Origin: Octopus sinensis
Lineage: Eukaryota
Reading direction: 5' to 3'
Length of the DNA stretch: 64,000 bases
Assembly: GCF_006345805.1 (NCBI RefSeq)
Contig: NC_043009.1
Location: 70,246,001-70,310,000, forward strand
The notes beneath the pieces are model-generated. The model made no database searches and was not told the origin of the DNA. It saw only the letters and a program-made list of their open reading frames with translations. Position 1 is the stretch's first letter; each line of letters begins with the position of its first letter. This document shows, piece by piece, positions 50,820 to 64,000 of this stretch. The position numbers were made by a program, and so were the translations under genes.

Positions 50820-52398
50820 TTGTATCACTGCTCTATACAGCGGCATCCGTTCGGTAGTACGAGGAAATGGCCATCAATCTAAATCACTTAACATCACGCG
50901 TTCGGTCCGTCAGGGATGGCCCCTCTCGTCACTTCTGTATGTACTAACTCTAGAGCCACTATTGCGAAAGCTGGCGACGCTGAATGACATCTCACGAGAA
51001 CTGGGATGCGAGAGGATGGTGTCTACATACGCGGACGATGTCACCGTCATAGTGTCAAGCCTCAGTCATATTGACGTGGTCGGCGAGACACTAAAAGAAT
51101 ACAAATCACTAACGGGAGCAAAAATTAACCCTGAAAAGTCAATGGGCTTGCGGCTCAGCACCTGGAGAAGCAAGCCCATGCCGTCCAAAAGCGTCTCCAT
51201 CGTAGGACACTGGAACGACGGACCGGTGAAATTGCTCGGGTTCTGGTTCGGTTAAGACCTCCAAATGGAGAACTGGGACGAGATAACCAGTAGGGTAGTC
51301 ACTCTCACTCAGCTATGGGCCGAGTGGGAGCTATCTCTAAAAGGTCGGGCAGAGGTGGCGAATGCGTACATGGCATCTGTCATCTACTACCGTCTGACCG
51401 TCGTGCCTTGTCCCGACCTTACCATCACGAAAATGGAACTCATACTCTTCCGTTTTTTGTGGAAGGGGAGCGTTCCGATGGTTAGGCGATCCAGTTGCTG
51501 TCAACATCCGCTAAATGGAGGACTGGGTATATCGATGTTGATGATGCGCAGACATGCGCTGTGGTTGAAACATCCCGTGCGTTTCAGAGATGACGGTGAA
51601 CAGGTGTGGTCGCCGTTTGCGGCAAGCGCTTTTCCGCAGCTCATCTCATTGCTCATCAAACTGCAGTCATGGATGATGCAGAGACCGAGGCTGGGCGAAT
51701 GGCACCGCGAGTATCGCCATGCCATCAAGCAGCTCAGCCACCCGGATTCAAACTTGAGTAATTCCAATTCCACCAAGGCGTTTTATAGAGAACTAGTGGT
51801 GAAGATGTCCGGCGATGTTCTTCGGGAGACTCTGGGTGTCAACAGCAGATACTTGACCACTTTCAGGACCACTTTCGGACCAGGACCTATGGACAATTTC
51901 CAGACATCCTTGACGTGGCAGTGCTATCGGGGAGCATTGTCCCTTCAAGAAAAGGTCTACAGGCACGGTTTCAGAAACACCGAACCAACCTACTCAAGAT
52001 GCAGTCAGAACAACGAAACCATTTTGCACGCACTCGTACAATACCCACATATTTCGTCGCTGTGGACCTATGTCGAGCGGCTGCGTTCATGTGGGGAGGA
52101 ATCTGGTTGTCAGCCGAGTGTACTGTAAAATATTGCCTCGCCGCTTTCCTTTAACCGAGAAGGCAAGGCAATTTTCATCGTACTGGTGGCTTTGGCGAAA
52201 GAATGTGTATGGTGGACTCATTTGAAAGACTTAGAGACAATTACTTTCCTCTCTGGCCAACCTCTCATCAACTTCTTCAAGTATCACTTGAAAAGGAAGA
52301 TAAGAGTAGAGAGGGAAGTTTTGTCTAATGAAAGATTTAATAAAAGATGGGTGAATGTAGCAAAGATGGTACGCATGAATGACGCAACAACTTTAAGC
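50820..52398 (+). mobile_element. 5'-truncated Tx1-like LINE ORF2 (RT domains 4-7 to C-terminus)
   Basis: SVRQGWPLSSLLYVLTLEPLL, YADDVT, AKINPEKS, LLGFWFG, an in-frame stop at 51253, HPLNGGLG, a C-terminal CxxC/H-like motif and INFFKYHLKRKIRVERE; flanked by (TATC)n on both sides. Confidence 0.92.
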
Positions 52399-52498
<100 letters not shown>

Positions 52499-52512
52499 GT
52501 CTATATCCATCT

Positions 52513-53722
52513 GATGGTCATCCCATAAGTTCTGTCCGATTTTACTTATTTTAAAATTGAATGAAATTTAATAATATTTTAGAATGTCTAATGGAATTAA
52601 AAATTATCTTTATGCATTGGTGTACATTTAAACTAATTAAATATTAATTTACAGGATAATAGAATTGAAATTTCTATGATTAAAACCATTTCTTACATAA
52701 TGTTTTAGGAGTACAAAAAGGAAACTCTGCAGCCGAAGTGACTCGAAACATACACTCAGGTTATGGGAAAGAATGCTTGGATGAAAGAACTTGCAGAAGA
52801 TGGTTTGCAAAATTCAGAAGTGGAGATTTCAGCCTTGAAGATGAAGATCGAACAGGATGTCCAGTTGAGTTTGATGATAAGCTCCTTGAGGCATTACTCG
52901 AAGAAAATCCTGCATTATCAGTTGAAGAATTGGAATGAAGCTTAGTTCAAACCATACAACTGTTCATCGTCAACTTCAACAACTTGGAAAGGTTCTTAAA
53001 CTTGGAAAATGTGTGCCTCATGAATTGTCCGAAAAAAACCGCAGATCTCGAGTTGACATTTGCTCTTCTCTCCATTCTCGAAAACTAATTTCACCCTTTT
53101 TGGATTGACTTATGACTAGTGACGAAAAATGGATCTTTTATCGAAACGTTAAACGTCGTAAACAGAGGCTTGGTAAAAGGGAAAAGCTCAACCACAACCA
53201 AGAAGAGAACTTCACGGGAAAAAGGTTCTTCTCTCTATCTGGTGGAATTGCAAAGGAGTAATTCACTTTGAATTGTTACCACCTAATGCAACAATCAATG
53301 CTCAAGTCTACTGTCAGCATTTAGAGCGTTTGAACCCAGATGTTTCATCAGGACAATGCGCGACCCAACACTGCAAAGATCACATCACAGAAGATAGAAG
53401 AGCTTGGTTGGGAAAATTTCCTCATCCACCTTATTCTTCCGACCTTGCTCCTTCAGACTACCATTTGTTTCGTAGTTTACAGAATCATTTAGGGGACATA
53501 ATTTTCGCAAGCCAGGAGGAGGTCGAAACTGACATTTCAGAGTTCTTCTCTTTGAAACCAAAAGAGTTTTATATTGATGGGATTAAAAAGCTTGTAAATA
53601 GATGGAAGGAAATCATAGATAATCAGGGAAAGTACATTGATGATTAAATTTCCATTAAATATAACATTTAATCACTTGTTTTCCTTATTGAAAAGTTGGA
53701 CAGAGCTTATGGGATGACCTGA
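52513..53722 (+). mobile_element. Mariner (DD34D) DNA transposon, defective copy 2
   Basis: TIRs GGTCATCCCATAAGTTCTGTCCGA / TTGGACAGAGCTTATGGGATGACCTGA+TA. Motifs TSDEKW, QDNAR and PYSSDLAPSDYHLF; same family as 4568-5774. Confidence 0.95.
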
Positions 53723-54299
53723 TATATGTCAGTCTATCCATCTATCTATCTGTCTGCTTACGCTTATGCCTTATTGCGATTCTTTCTCAGACGACTATTT
53801 TGTTTTTTCTGAAGTCTAGAGATGTAGCGGTGTGGAATCAAAAGTTAAACAAATGAGTGAGGCAACTCTAAATCGTGAAATCTGAGGCCATAGTAGAAAC
53901 TAGAAGAGAGTCATTATCACAGGCAGTAGACAATATATTCAAAGAGACCATTGTACCTTTCCTTACTAACAATACTAAGCCTGGCCAGAAGATAGTTTGC
54001 CATGTGGCATATTCTTGGTCACACGATAATCTTTTTAACTGCTTGACTATGATGCCTATGTAATTGGTCTGTTTCTGGTCTTCATAGAAACGGAAACAAT
54101 GTTACTCCGGTGGATGCTGAGGATAGTGCTGAGGTTAGACTGCTGAAAAGACTCAAAGAGATATAAATGGTGAAGAAAGGTAAACCCACATAAGCGGACA
54201 GCGCAGAAGAATGGTCAGTGCACCGGGTCTCCATAAAGTGAAGGCTCTGCTTTTTCTCAGATATATATTACTATTTCACATGCGAGTGTGAGTATACGC

Positions 54300-55060
54300 C
54301 TTTCCGAGTGGGCCAGTTGTCTTCCCAGGCCCGATGTTACACTCTTTATCAATCTCTGCACTAATGAAACAATGCCTCCATAAGTGAATTGGTTGATTCT
54401 CTTCGAATCTTTCACACTGATTTTCAGGACTTAATTTGCCTCTGGCTATGTTACCATAGACATGGTTTTAGGTCTTTTCGAAGTGTTCCTCAACATTGTT
54501 GGTTCTCAGCCTATTCAGGTGACACTTGCAAAGATATTTCCGCAACAGAAGGTAAGTTTATCTCATTGGAACTGGAGCGGTGGACAGTTCCATCTTGTTC
54601 TTGAATAATGTAATGATCACAACATTACAAAAATACTGAGATCATTTGTCTTGTTCCCAACATAAAGGTAAGGACTTACGGATTTGGATTAGAATCTCAT
54701 TCTTCCAATTCTCAGTCAGATTACCAGAATGTCTTTTTAACTTGTCAACCAATTGATATCCTTAATAATCTCTTCTAGATTTGGAACACTGTCGGTTTTG
54801 TCCCCTGTGATTGACACGAATTGCGATTAATTCTTGATGTACAGACCATACACGTGGCACTAAGAAAAGCGTTAAAATACTTTCTTACCCGGACAACATA
54901 ATCGGAAAAGTCGAATCTCGCGGGGAGATCTCTTCCTGCTCAAGAAGAGAGGGTTCTCCTGGCTGAATGCAGAGATAAATTCCGTGATATTGCTTGTGAA
55001 AAACTCTGGAACATACTCAGAGTATTCGTAAGTTCGAGATGTACTTATTCACATCAGGAG
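54300..55060 (-). mobile_element. RTE-clade LINE RT fragment, degraded
   Basis: PNLEEIIKDIN, CWEQDK..VVIITLFKNK and ENQC resemble the RTE/BovB motifs PTLEE..AI, CWEQ..IITLFKNKG and ESQCGFR. Confidence 0.7.
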
Positions 55061-56166
55061 AATAAATTGAGAGGATGACAAATTTCGAACAAAGAATTGA
55101 CTTCGGCGGAGGCAGGATTAGGGATTAGGCAGATAGCAACATTGCAATGTCTGTCTTCGAGAGTACCTGCTTTGGTTTCGGTTTCGAATGCAGACAGATT
55201 GTATACTGCATGCATACACATACACGTGCATAGACACGCGTGCGAAAACACTCACACACACACACACACACACACACAACACACATACACACATAGTCAC
55301 GCACGTGCGCACGGCCACGTGCACATATATGTTCGGATTAAGCGTTATGGAATATGTTTGTAGATGATATGCGGATGAACGAAATGGCTTTACGGACATG
55401 GTTTGTAACGAAATCATACTTCTTAGAACCACACTCACACACGTACACACAAACACACGCTCACGGACACAAGCAAATGCAAAAACACACACACACACAC
55501 ACGTACACGCACACGCTCACACACGTATATACATACATATATATGTATATAAAGATATGTATATATGTATATAAGTATATAAATATGTATGTATATATAC
55601 GTGTGTATATATATATATAGATATATGCATACAGTCACACACACACACTAACACATATATAACCTTGAATACAAAGTAAATAGTGAAAGATTAAAAGTAA
55701 ACATCGACAATATAGATGCATAAACCCGAAAAAACCACTAAAACTACAAACACTGAATCGTATTAAAATACATGAGTTCAGATTACAAAACACAGACTGA
55801 TATCAGAGAAGAAAACAAACCGAACTCTCCTGTATAGGAGACGTGTTTAACAAACTACGGAAGAACAATAACCGACACACACACACGCACGCATACACAC
55901 AGACACACACACACTCACACACTCACACACACATACACAGACATAGACACACACATACACAGACACACACAAACACATACACACACAGACACATACACAC
56001 ATTCATACACACACACACCACACATGCACATGCGCGTGAACAAGCGCACACAAACCGCCCACTTCGTTACATCATAGTACTTACGTATGTGTGTGCGTGT
56101 GTATATATATATATACACATACATACATACATACATACATATACATACATACATACATACATACAT

Positions 56167-56203
<37 letters not shown>

Positions 56204-56231
56204 CGTCCATAAACGCGCAGACGCTCGCACC

Positions 56232-56272
<41 letters not shown>

Positions 56273-56546
56273 TCACACACACACACACATATATATATAT
56301 ATACAAAACAACTGCCAAGAATGCAGATGCTCCCACAAAGTGGTCTGAATAAAGTTAAATTACGTAAACATTGGTTCACAAGCTAAAACCACAATTGAAC
56401 TCTGTTACACATATATACACTCTCTCACACACACACATACGCACACACATGAATACACGTATCACTCTCTCTCTCTCTATATATATATATATAGATATAT
56501 ACACACATACGCACACTCATACACACAATCACACACATACAAACAC

Positions 56547-56581
<35 letters not shown>

Positions 56582-57273
56582 CACTCGTACGCACGCTCAA
56601 ATGCATCTGTTCACTTGAGTATATACATTAATATCGCCTACACACGCACACACACACACACACACACAGCTTGCATTTTGCAATCAAATACACAAGTAAA
56701 AAACGGAGACTGAAACACTTGGAAAAATCAAAGGAAGAAAGATGTGGGTGGGAGTGTGTGTGTGTGGGGGGGTTAGTGAGAGAGAGAGAGAGAGAGAAGA
56801 GAAGGCAGGGGAAGTACATATGTGAATGCGTCGGCGGTGGGATAGGGAGACGGTGGAGGCTAAAGACTAAAGATAGAAACAAAGAATCAAAGAGAGAGCG
56901 AGAGAGAGAGAGGTGGATTGGAGCAATGGATAGAAGAGAGAGAGAGAGAGGGAGAGGGAGAAGGGGGAAGGAGGTGAATGGAGAGAAGCGATAATCGTAT
57001 TAGGCACACAGCTTTAGTTTCTTCTCTCTTTCTTTCTCTTCTTCTCCCATTTGAATTTTAGCGAACGAAAAAGGAAAGAAGATGAAAAAAACAAAACAAA
57101 AAGAAGCAAAACCGAGAAAGAAAGACAGAAAATGACAAAAACTTCTGACAGGAACTGAACTTGTGTTAATCCTTTTGCGAAATATTGAACAATGGTAAAA
57201 GAAAACAAGACAAACAAAAAATTATAAACAAGAAACAAGGAGAGGTGGCAAATATATATATACATATATGTAT

Positions 57274-57304
<31 letters not shown>

Positions 57305-57305
57305 T

Positions 57306-57349
<44 letters not shown>

Positions 57350-57408
57350 ACATATATATATACATATATGTATATATATATATGTATATATATATACATA
57401 TATATTAC

Positions 57409-57474
<66 letters not shown>

Positions 57475-57854
57475 ATATATAGTCATGTATATTCTTGCAT
57501 GTATGTATACTTATGAGTATACATACGCACACCCATACACATAGTATATGTGTGTGTGAGTGCGTATGCATGTATGTCATAAAATATATTAAGTGTTGAG
57601 CTCAATTTCTATATTAACTCAGAGTATCGCCACTGTTGCTCATCATAGAATTCTTCAAATGATCGACGATGCCTGTGAAACAGAGTAGGGACAGAGGCTA
57701 ATGTGAATATAACGTTTAATTCATTCATGTGTGTGTATGTGTGTGTATAGAGATATATGCGCGTGGATGGAGCCGTCTCTGAAACTATGCATATATGTGT
57801 CTCTACGCATATATACGCGTGTTATTTTGTAGGTATGCAATATTTTTGAGCATG

Positions 57855-57938
<84 letters not shown>

Positions 57939-57939
57939 C

Positions 57940-57974
<35 letters not shown>

Positions 57975-57975
57975 C

Positions 57976-58037
<62 letters not shown>

Positions 58038-58127
58038 CTCTCTCTATATATATATATACGCACACGCGTGCGCGCACACACACACTCTCACACCTACACG
58101 CACACATACTCGCACACACGCACACAC

Positions 58128-58185
<58 letters not shown>

Positions 58186-58469
58186 ACACACATGTTTGAT
58201 TCTCGAAGAATTTTAGAATGACTTAGCTGAGTGTTTGTCCATTATCTTGGAGAAACTCTTTGACGGATTCTTGTTAATTCTTAGATTTTTAGTGCACTAC
58301 TCAATTATAAGACTTTCACATCACTTTCAACATTCATAACTTTATAGACAGTCACATATGTGGATGTGACCATAATTACACATATGTAAACGCAATAAAG
58401 AGCCGCAGTCGTTCAAATTGCTGTGCAATACTCTGCAATGTAGACAGATTCGCTATAATAATCGCATAC

Positions 58470-58660
58470 GCTACCGGACAAATTGCTTAGCAGCATTTCT
58501 TCTAGTTTCCTGTTCTGAGTTCAAATACCACCGGGGTCAACTTAGCCCTTCATCTTTCGGGATTGATAAAATAAATATTTGTTAAGCACTGAAGTTCATG
58601 CAATTGACTTACTCGCCCCCCCCCACCCGATATTACTGGCTTTGTGCTGAAATTTGAAGA
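58470..58660 (+). mobile_element. tRNA-derived SINE, degenerate
   Basis: TTCTGAGTTCAAATACCACCGGGGTCAACTTAGCCCTTCATCTTTCGGGATTGATAAAATAA. Confidence 0.7.
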
Positions 58661-58799
58661 CCCTTCACACATACTCATATACCGTTTTACTCGCCTGGAC
58701 ACACACAAACGGGCGCGCATACACACACGCATGTGGGGACACACAATGGGACATTCTCTTGATTTTTCCTGGGATTGGACAAATGTCTCTGTTAATTGC

Positions 58800-59040
58800 A
58801 GGATATAATTCTTCCATTGTTGTGTTTTTTCAACTTAAATTGTTTCGATGCCTCGTGACACATTTTACGCCATGCAGATCGATCTTGCTAATGACTTTGT
58901 CCAGATGTCAAGTGAAACTGCGGAGGCTTTGGCGATTCCTTCAACTTATCTGTATACCTAAGGACGGATCTTCCTTTACCGCAGTTTCCCTCTACTTGTT
59001 GGCCATACAAAATTTCCTACGAAATCTATGTATGTCGAAC
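58800..59040 (-). mobile_element. RTE-clade LINE 3' coding end fragment
   Basis: GQQVEGNCGKGRSVLRYTDKLKES...QDRSAWRKMCHE resembles GxRxxGRPxLRYKD...DRSxWR. Confidence 0.65.
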
Positions 59041-59049
59041 ATACAGACA

Positions 59050-61900
59050 GCAAACAATTGGTCTATGTAATTGATCACTTTGAATTATGGGCAACCCATG
59101 CTGTTCTTATCTTCAGGGATGCAGAATATTCCGTATAGATGTAATCTGGATGACTCGATGAAGTTTGTTCATGTTTTCTCATTGGCGCGTCCGAAAAATC
59201 TAGTCGGTACTTGTCAAAGAATCGAAGGCAACTGAGCATGTTTGGGAGGATTTTGCGTCCTTTATTCTATCGGTTAGAGCCAGACTGTAGATGGAAGCAT
59301 CCAAGAAACCGTTCCAATCATAGACTAATACCAAATAACAGGACGTTCCTCGGAAAACTTCCAGATGTCTGAAGAAATCTAGCCGCATTGTCTCTGTAGG
59401 TACATAAACGGCTATTAGTCTGAAGGCTCGGTACGTCCAGCACCAGCATCAGGAAAACAGGCCGTTCTTGTATAAACATCGCTACTCAGCCATCCAGTCC
59501 CTTCGGATATGTTGTTGTCTACAACTTGTAACCGCTAAAGCTGGGCATGAGTATCCTTCAGAAATTATGGCGTCGCTGATAGCCAAAGGTTCTATTGCTA
59601 GTGGCCTGCGGTCAATGAACAGGTAACACTACTTCCCTAGCTACCCCACTGTACATGTATTCACATTATTTATCCAGAGTATTTTCATGTTTAGCAATGA
59701 AGCAGGAGAGTAAAAAACAAAAGCAATTATCATATTTCTGTGAAGGGACAGGTGTTCTTACTCTCCGGGTATTTGTAGGTATCTCCACAATATTTCTTCG
59801 TTAGGGCCTTTTATTGATGGTCGCATGGAAGTCTCCCATTTCCTTGGGATATTTTATATTCAGTTTGTCGTTTGTTGCGTTGCATTTATAATTTTTTATG
59901 CGATTACTAGTGTTATGTGGATGTATGATCCTTACCTTTTGAATATTCTTTTCTACTCTAGGTACAAGGGCTGAAATTTTTTGGGAGGGGCCAGTCGATT
60001 AGATTGATCCCACTACGCAACTGCTACTTAATTCATCGACTCCCCAAAGGGTGAAAGGCAAAGTTGACCTCGGCGGAATTGAACTCAAAGCATGTAGACA
60101 GACGAAATATCGCTAAACATTTCGCATGCTAACGATTCTTTTCTATCCTAGGAACAAGGCCCGAACTTTAGGGTGAGGGGTTAGTCGATTAGATCGACCC
60201 CAGTACGCAACCAGCACTTAATTTATCGACCCTCGAAAGGATGAAAGGCAAAGCCGACCTCGATGTAATTTGAACTCAGAACGTAAAGACAGATGAAATT
60301 CCGCTAAGCATTTCGCCTGGCGCCCTAATGTTTCTTATTTCTATACTGCCCACAAGGGGCTAAACATAGAGGAGACAAACAAGGACAGACAAAGGGATTA
60401 AGTCGATTACATCGACCCCAATGCGTAACTGGTACTTAATTTATCGACCCCGAAAAGATGAAAGGAAAAGTCGACTTCGGCGGAATTTGAACTCAGAACG
60501 TAACGGCTGACGAAATACCTATTTCTTTATTACCCACAAGGGGCTAAACACAGAGAGGACAAACAAACGGATTAAGTCGATTACATCGACACCAGTGCGT
60601 AACTGGTACTTAATTTATCGACTCCGAAAGGATGAAAGGCAAAGTCGACCTCGGCGGAATTTGAACTCTGAACGTAACGACAGACGAAATACCGCTGAGC
60701 ATTTTGCCCGCGCGCTATCTCTGCCAGTTCGCCGCCTTTAGAATATTATCTGCATCTTTAGAATATAATAGCTTTAGAATATTATCTGCGACTTGTAGTA
60801 TATGTTTTATTAAGTTGTTAGTATCTATGGCAGTGTATCTGATAAGATTTGAGGAGTGCTGTTCAGGGTTTTGGGTCTGCCTTGATGTGTTTTTTCGTTT
60901 TGTTGTCGGGTTTTGTTGTTGGTGATGCTAGTAGCTTGAATGCTTGATTGTTTGTCGGTTTCCATGTTCCCCACCTCTCTCCATTCTGACTCTGGTGTAA
61001 TACGGTTTTACTTTTCATATCTTTCTTTTCCTTACTCTTCATAAATATCCATCGTAGCGATTCTTTAAAACTAGTTTCTCCGCGAGTCGAGTTTTCTTCA
61101 CTAATCTGTGGCAGGGGGTGTGGCTATGCCAGCGCTGTCACAAATTTGCATTGGAAATCTGGTTAAGTAATTCGGTTGAGATCTCTGAGTTGTGGTGGTA
61201 TCGGTAATATATTTTTCCTGGTTGTGGCACATGTGTCTTGTTTTCGTTCAGTGTGCTTCCATTCTACCATTTTTGTACTGTTGTTGTTGTTGCTGTTGTT
61301 GCTGTTGCTGCTGCTTTTTATGCTGGCGTGGTTGTTGTGCTGAAAGTATGAGGGACTTTCTTCCTTTTTGTAGGTAGCAGTAAATTCTTAGATGGTTTAC
61401 ATCTACACGTCCGTGGCAACGTGGCCTTCAGCTTTCCACTGCTATGATAAACTTCAAACAGTTTGGGCGGCTGATCGAGTGAGAGATGATCTCACTGCTT
61501 TTGGGGTCCGTCTCTATTCGTAATTCCAAACTTTGCACCTGAATAACTTTCCTCTTTTTTCTTTCATGGATTTTATGTTCATCTCATTTTCGAAGCGTTC
61601 CTCATATGCCGCCGGTCGTGACCAGCAAAAAGGTGTTCGCTTCTAGTGGTACCTCAGACACCTTTACTTTCATTACCCTCCGATTAAGTTGTATTCGAAT
61701 CAAAAGCAGTTTATCACTTTTTAGATTTTGTCGTTGAATTTCCTTTTTGCTGTGTCTTACTTTGGAAAATCTCACCTCAACTCTGCGAAAATGTCTTCAT
61801 CGAGCGACAAACGTTCCTATGCCGTAGATTCGTTTAAAAAATGTTTCATCTGACTCTGCGTTGCTCGCTCAAAGCGATTCGTTTCAAGCGCTATACATTT
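59050..61900 (-). mobile_element. Degraded 5' half of a Tx1-like LINE (ORF1 plus endonuclease), interrupted by a SINE array
   Basis: Degenerate knuckle IIAVES*RPRCHGRVDVNHLRIYC (~61.4 kb) and endonuclease AFRLIAVYVPT..DFFRHLEVF..LVLVYDWN (~59.3 kb). Confidence 0.7.
59940..60737 (-). mobile_element. Array of four head-to-tail tRNA-derived SINE units
   Basis: Four copies of the TCGAC...AAAGG(A/G)TGAAAGGCAAAG..GAC..CG.....TTTGAACTC core at ~60.05, 60.24, 60.45 and 60.63 kb. Confidence 0.9.
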
Positions 61901-62384
61901 ATATATAATTGTTTTTCTTTTCATCTCGTATACATCCCTGCGTATTTAAATATTATTTAACCATTCTTAATTAGATGCATTTTTGCATTTCTTAGTTGTG
62001 ACTCATTTAATACAAGTGATTCTAGCTTTTCATTCGCATCTGCGAAACCGTTCCACTGTTTTCTGCTTTTATTGTATTAATGGTTGTGCTGATGGTAGCT
62101 TTGTTATGGTTGCTAGTATTGGGGGACAGGTCTCATTATTCACATTTTCAGGCTTATTACTTCAGTTATTGTCCTTGCTTCTGCTAGTTTATACCATGCT
62201 GTGGAGTGGGTTGATAGCCTTGATTTCACATCCAGCATTTATGATTTTGTGGTTGCCTTTTTATATTATTATTATTATTATTACTTTTTTTTTCTTCTTT
62301 CAAATTTGCTTCCATTTCTTGCCGAGTGTCTTCCCGACTCCTAGGGCAAAGAAACTCATAGTGTACATTGGTAGGCCATTAAAC

Positions 62385-62429
62385 CATATTATTATTATTA
62401 TTATTATTAATATTATTATTATTATTATT

Positions 62430-62470
<41 letters not shown>

Positions 62471-62480
62471 TATGATTATA

Positions 62481-62556
<76 letters not shown>

Positions 62557-62560
62557 TATA
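62385..62560. repeat. (ATT/ATC/AAT)n microsatellite
   Basis: Seen directly in the sequence. Confidence 0.9.
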
Positions 62561-62879
62561 ATTCATCGAATTATATGAATTACTCAACTATCAATTACTC
62601 AGCTATATCATTGGCCTTCTGAAAGATAAATTTGGCTTCGGCGGATGTGAACCACGAATAGAGATTATTAAACATTTTTTTTTAGCAATATATTAATGCG
62701 TACCAAGGATTTGCGACATATTTTAGAATAATTGAGATATTCAGTGCTGCCGTAGACTATTTGCAGGATTACAATTCATGCGATTTCATCTGATGAGATC
62801 TCAGAATTATAATAAATTTCGCTTAAAACCAAATATTATATATAGTTCAAAGTCAGAAGGGAAGAGAGAGAGAGAGAGA

Positions 62880-62945
<66 letters not shown>

Positions 62946-64000
62946 CAGAGTGATGGAGAGATGAGAGGAAAGAAAAGCTAACGTTATAAACTTTATGGTG
63001 TATGGAAGAATCGAATGATTAAACGCTTCAATTGTCGCCTACAGTGCACTGATCAATAATTCAGAAAGGAATTTTTAAATAAAGGAATCAGTTTCATATC
63101 TCGTGGTTTTTATAATAGCAGGCCTGTTACTTGCAAAAGTCAATTAAAATGAAGTAATCACTTTTACTAATTATTCTCACCTCCTTCTCTCAATTCATTC
63201 AACAAACAGCGATCAAATTCTACTCGTGTCTCCTCCTATAATACATATTCTGCTTGTTTTGCATAAATCCCACATTGCATAATTCGAATAATGGTTACTT
63301 GTTCAATATTTCTTACGCACCTTCAAAATTCTATAATTCATAGATTACATTCTTCTTACTTCATATTCTACGAATTTCCTCCATGACATTTTTCTCATTT
63401 AAAAGCTTCTTATGCTAATTGCTTCTTAAATTATGAAAATTTCATGTCACATAATTTTTCAAATGCTTAATAGCGCAAATTCAAACTTAATGTTGAAAAA
63501 GAGGAATCAGCTACATGATTAATCAATGAAAGTGAACGAACCAATCAAAAACGCCGTTAGTCAGTCTAAAGAGCTTTCTTCCCAACACCTCTAACACTTC
63601 CACAAAACGTTTCTAGCGAGTCAGACATTTTTCATAATTATATATCTTAGTGATTATCCTAATTAGAATTATATCTCTGATCAATTATTAAATGGTAGAC
63701 GTTATCTGAATGCTAAATGTTACTACATACACCTATTCATAGATACATATGAACGTACATACTTATACACATACATATATATTTACATGAATCAAAAAGG
63801 AAAAAAATGACCATAGGTCCTTCCCGAGCCCAAGGCTCCTGAGGACGGTTTCTCGGATTCGGTAGTGTATGTATCTCTCTCCAACCACCGCGCTCCGAAC
63901 GGACGCCCGATCTGCTGTAAGGTTGTTTTTGCCTGCTAAGAGGACTGGAAGATGCGAAATGATGTGTTTTGCTACAGACTCATCGCACTGCCTGGTCTAT

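Noticed and set aside
63810-63870. TCCCGAGCCC resembling the twister GUCCCAAGCCC motif, or an HDV-like fold, at a possible LINE 5' end
   Set aside because: I could not build the required pseudoknots by eye, and the element runs off the window edge.

Overview
AT-rich, microsatellite-dense eukaryotic DNA, most likely an octopod cephalopod. This is inferred from the tRNA-derived SINE families and the repeat landscape, not from a marker gene. No intact host protein-coding exon is recognisable, and nearly all ORFs in the track are microsatellite translations. The window is a transposon graveyard: two ~1.2-kb DD34D mariner copies, a DD37D-like Tc1/mariner fragment, four Tx1-like (L1 clade) LINE copies or fragments, an R4/Dong-type LINE, RTE fragments, three Penelope-like (PLE) fragments, many SINEs, minisatellites and a near-identical 1,343-bp tandem duplication. 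The main finding is a cluster of type I hammerhead ribozyme (HHR) motifs between 28.9 and 37.5 kb. One lies downstream of a Penelope GIY-YIG C-terminus. The others lie in small ORF-less inverted-repeat cassettes that look like MITEs and abut (TA)n tracts: a canonical GUC HHR with a 75-nt stem II, a palindrome with one HHR on each strand, and an HHR whose 3' half is duplicated in the inverted repeat. Several cassettes share a CCTTRTTG terminal motif. The inferred explanation is a (TA)n-associated, ribozyme-bearing non-autonomous retroelement system of PLE or retrozyme type. All structures were folded by eye and catalytic activity is untested.
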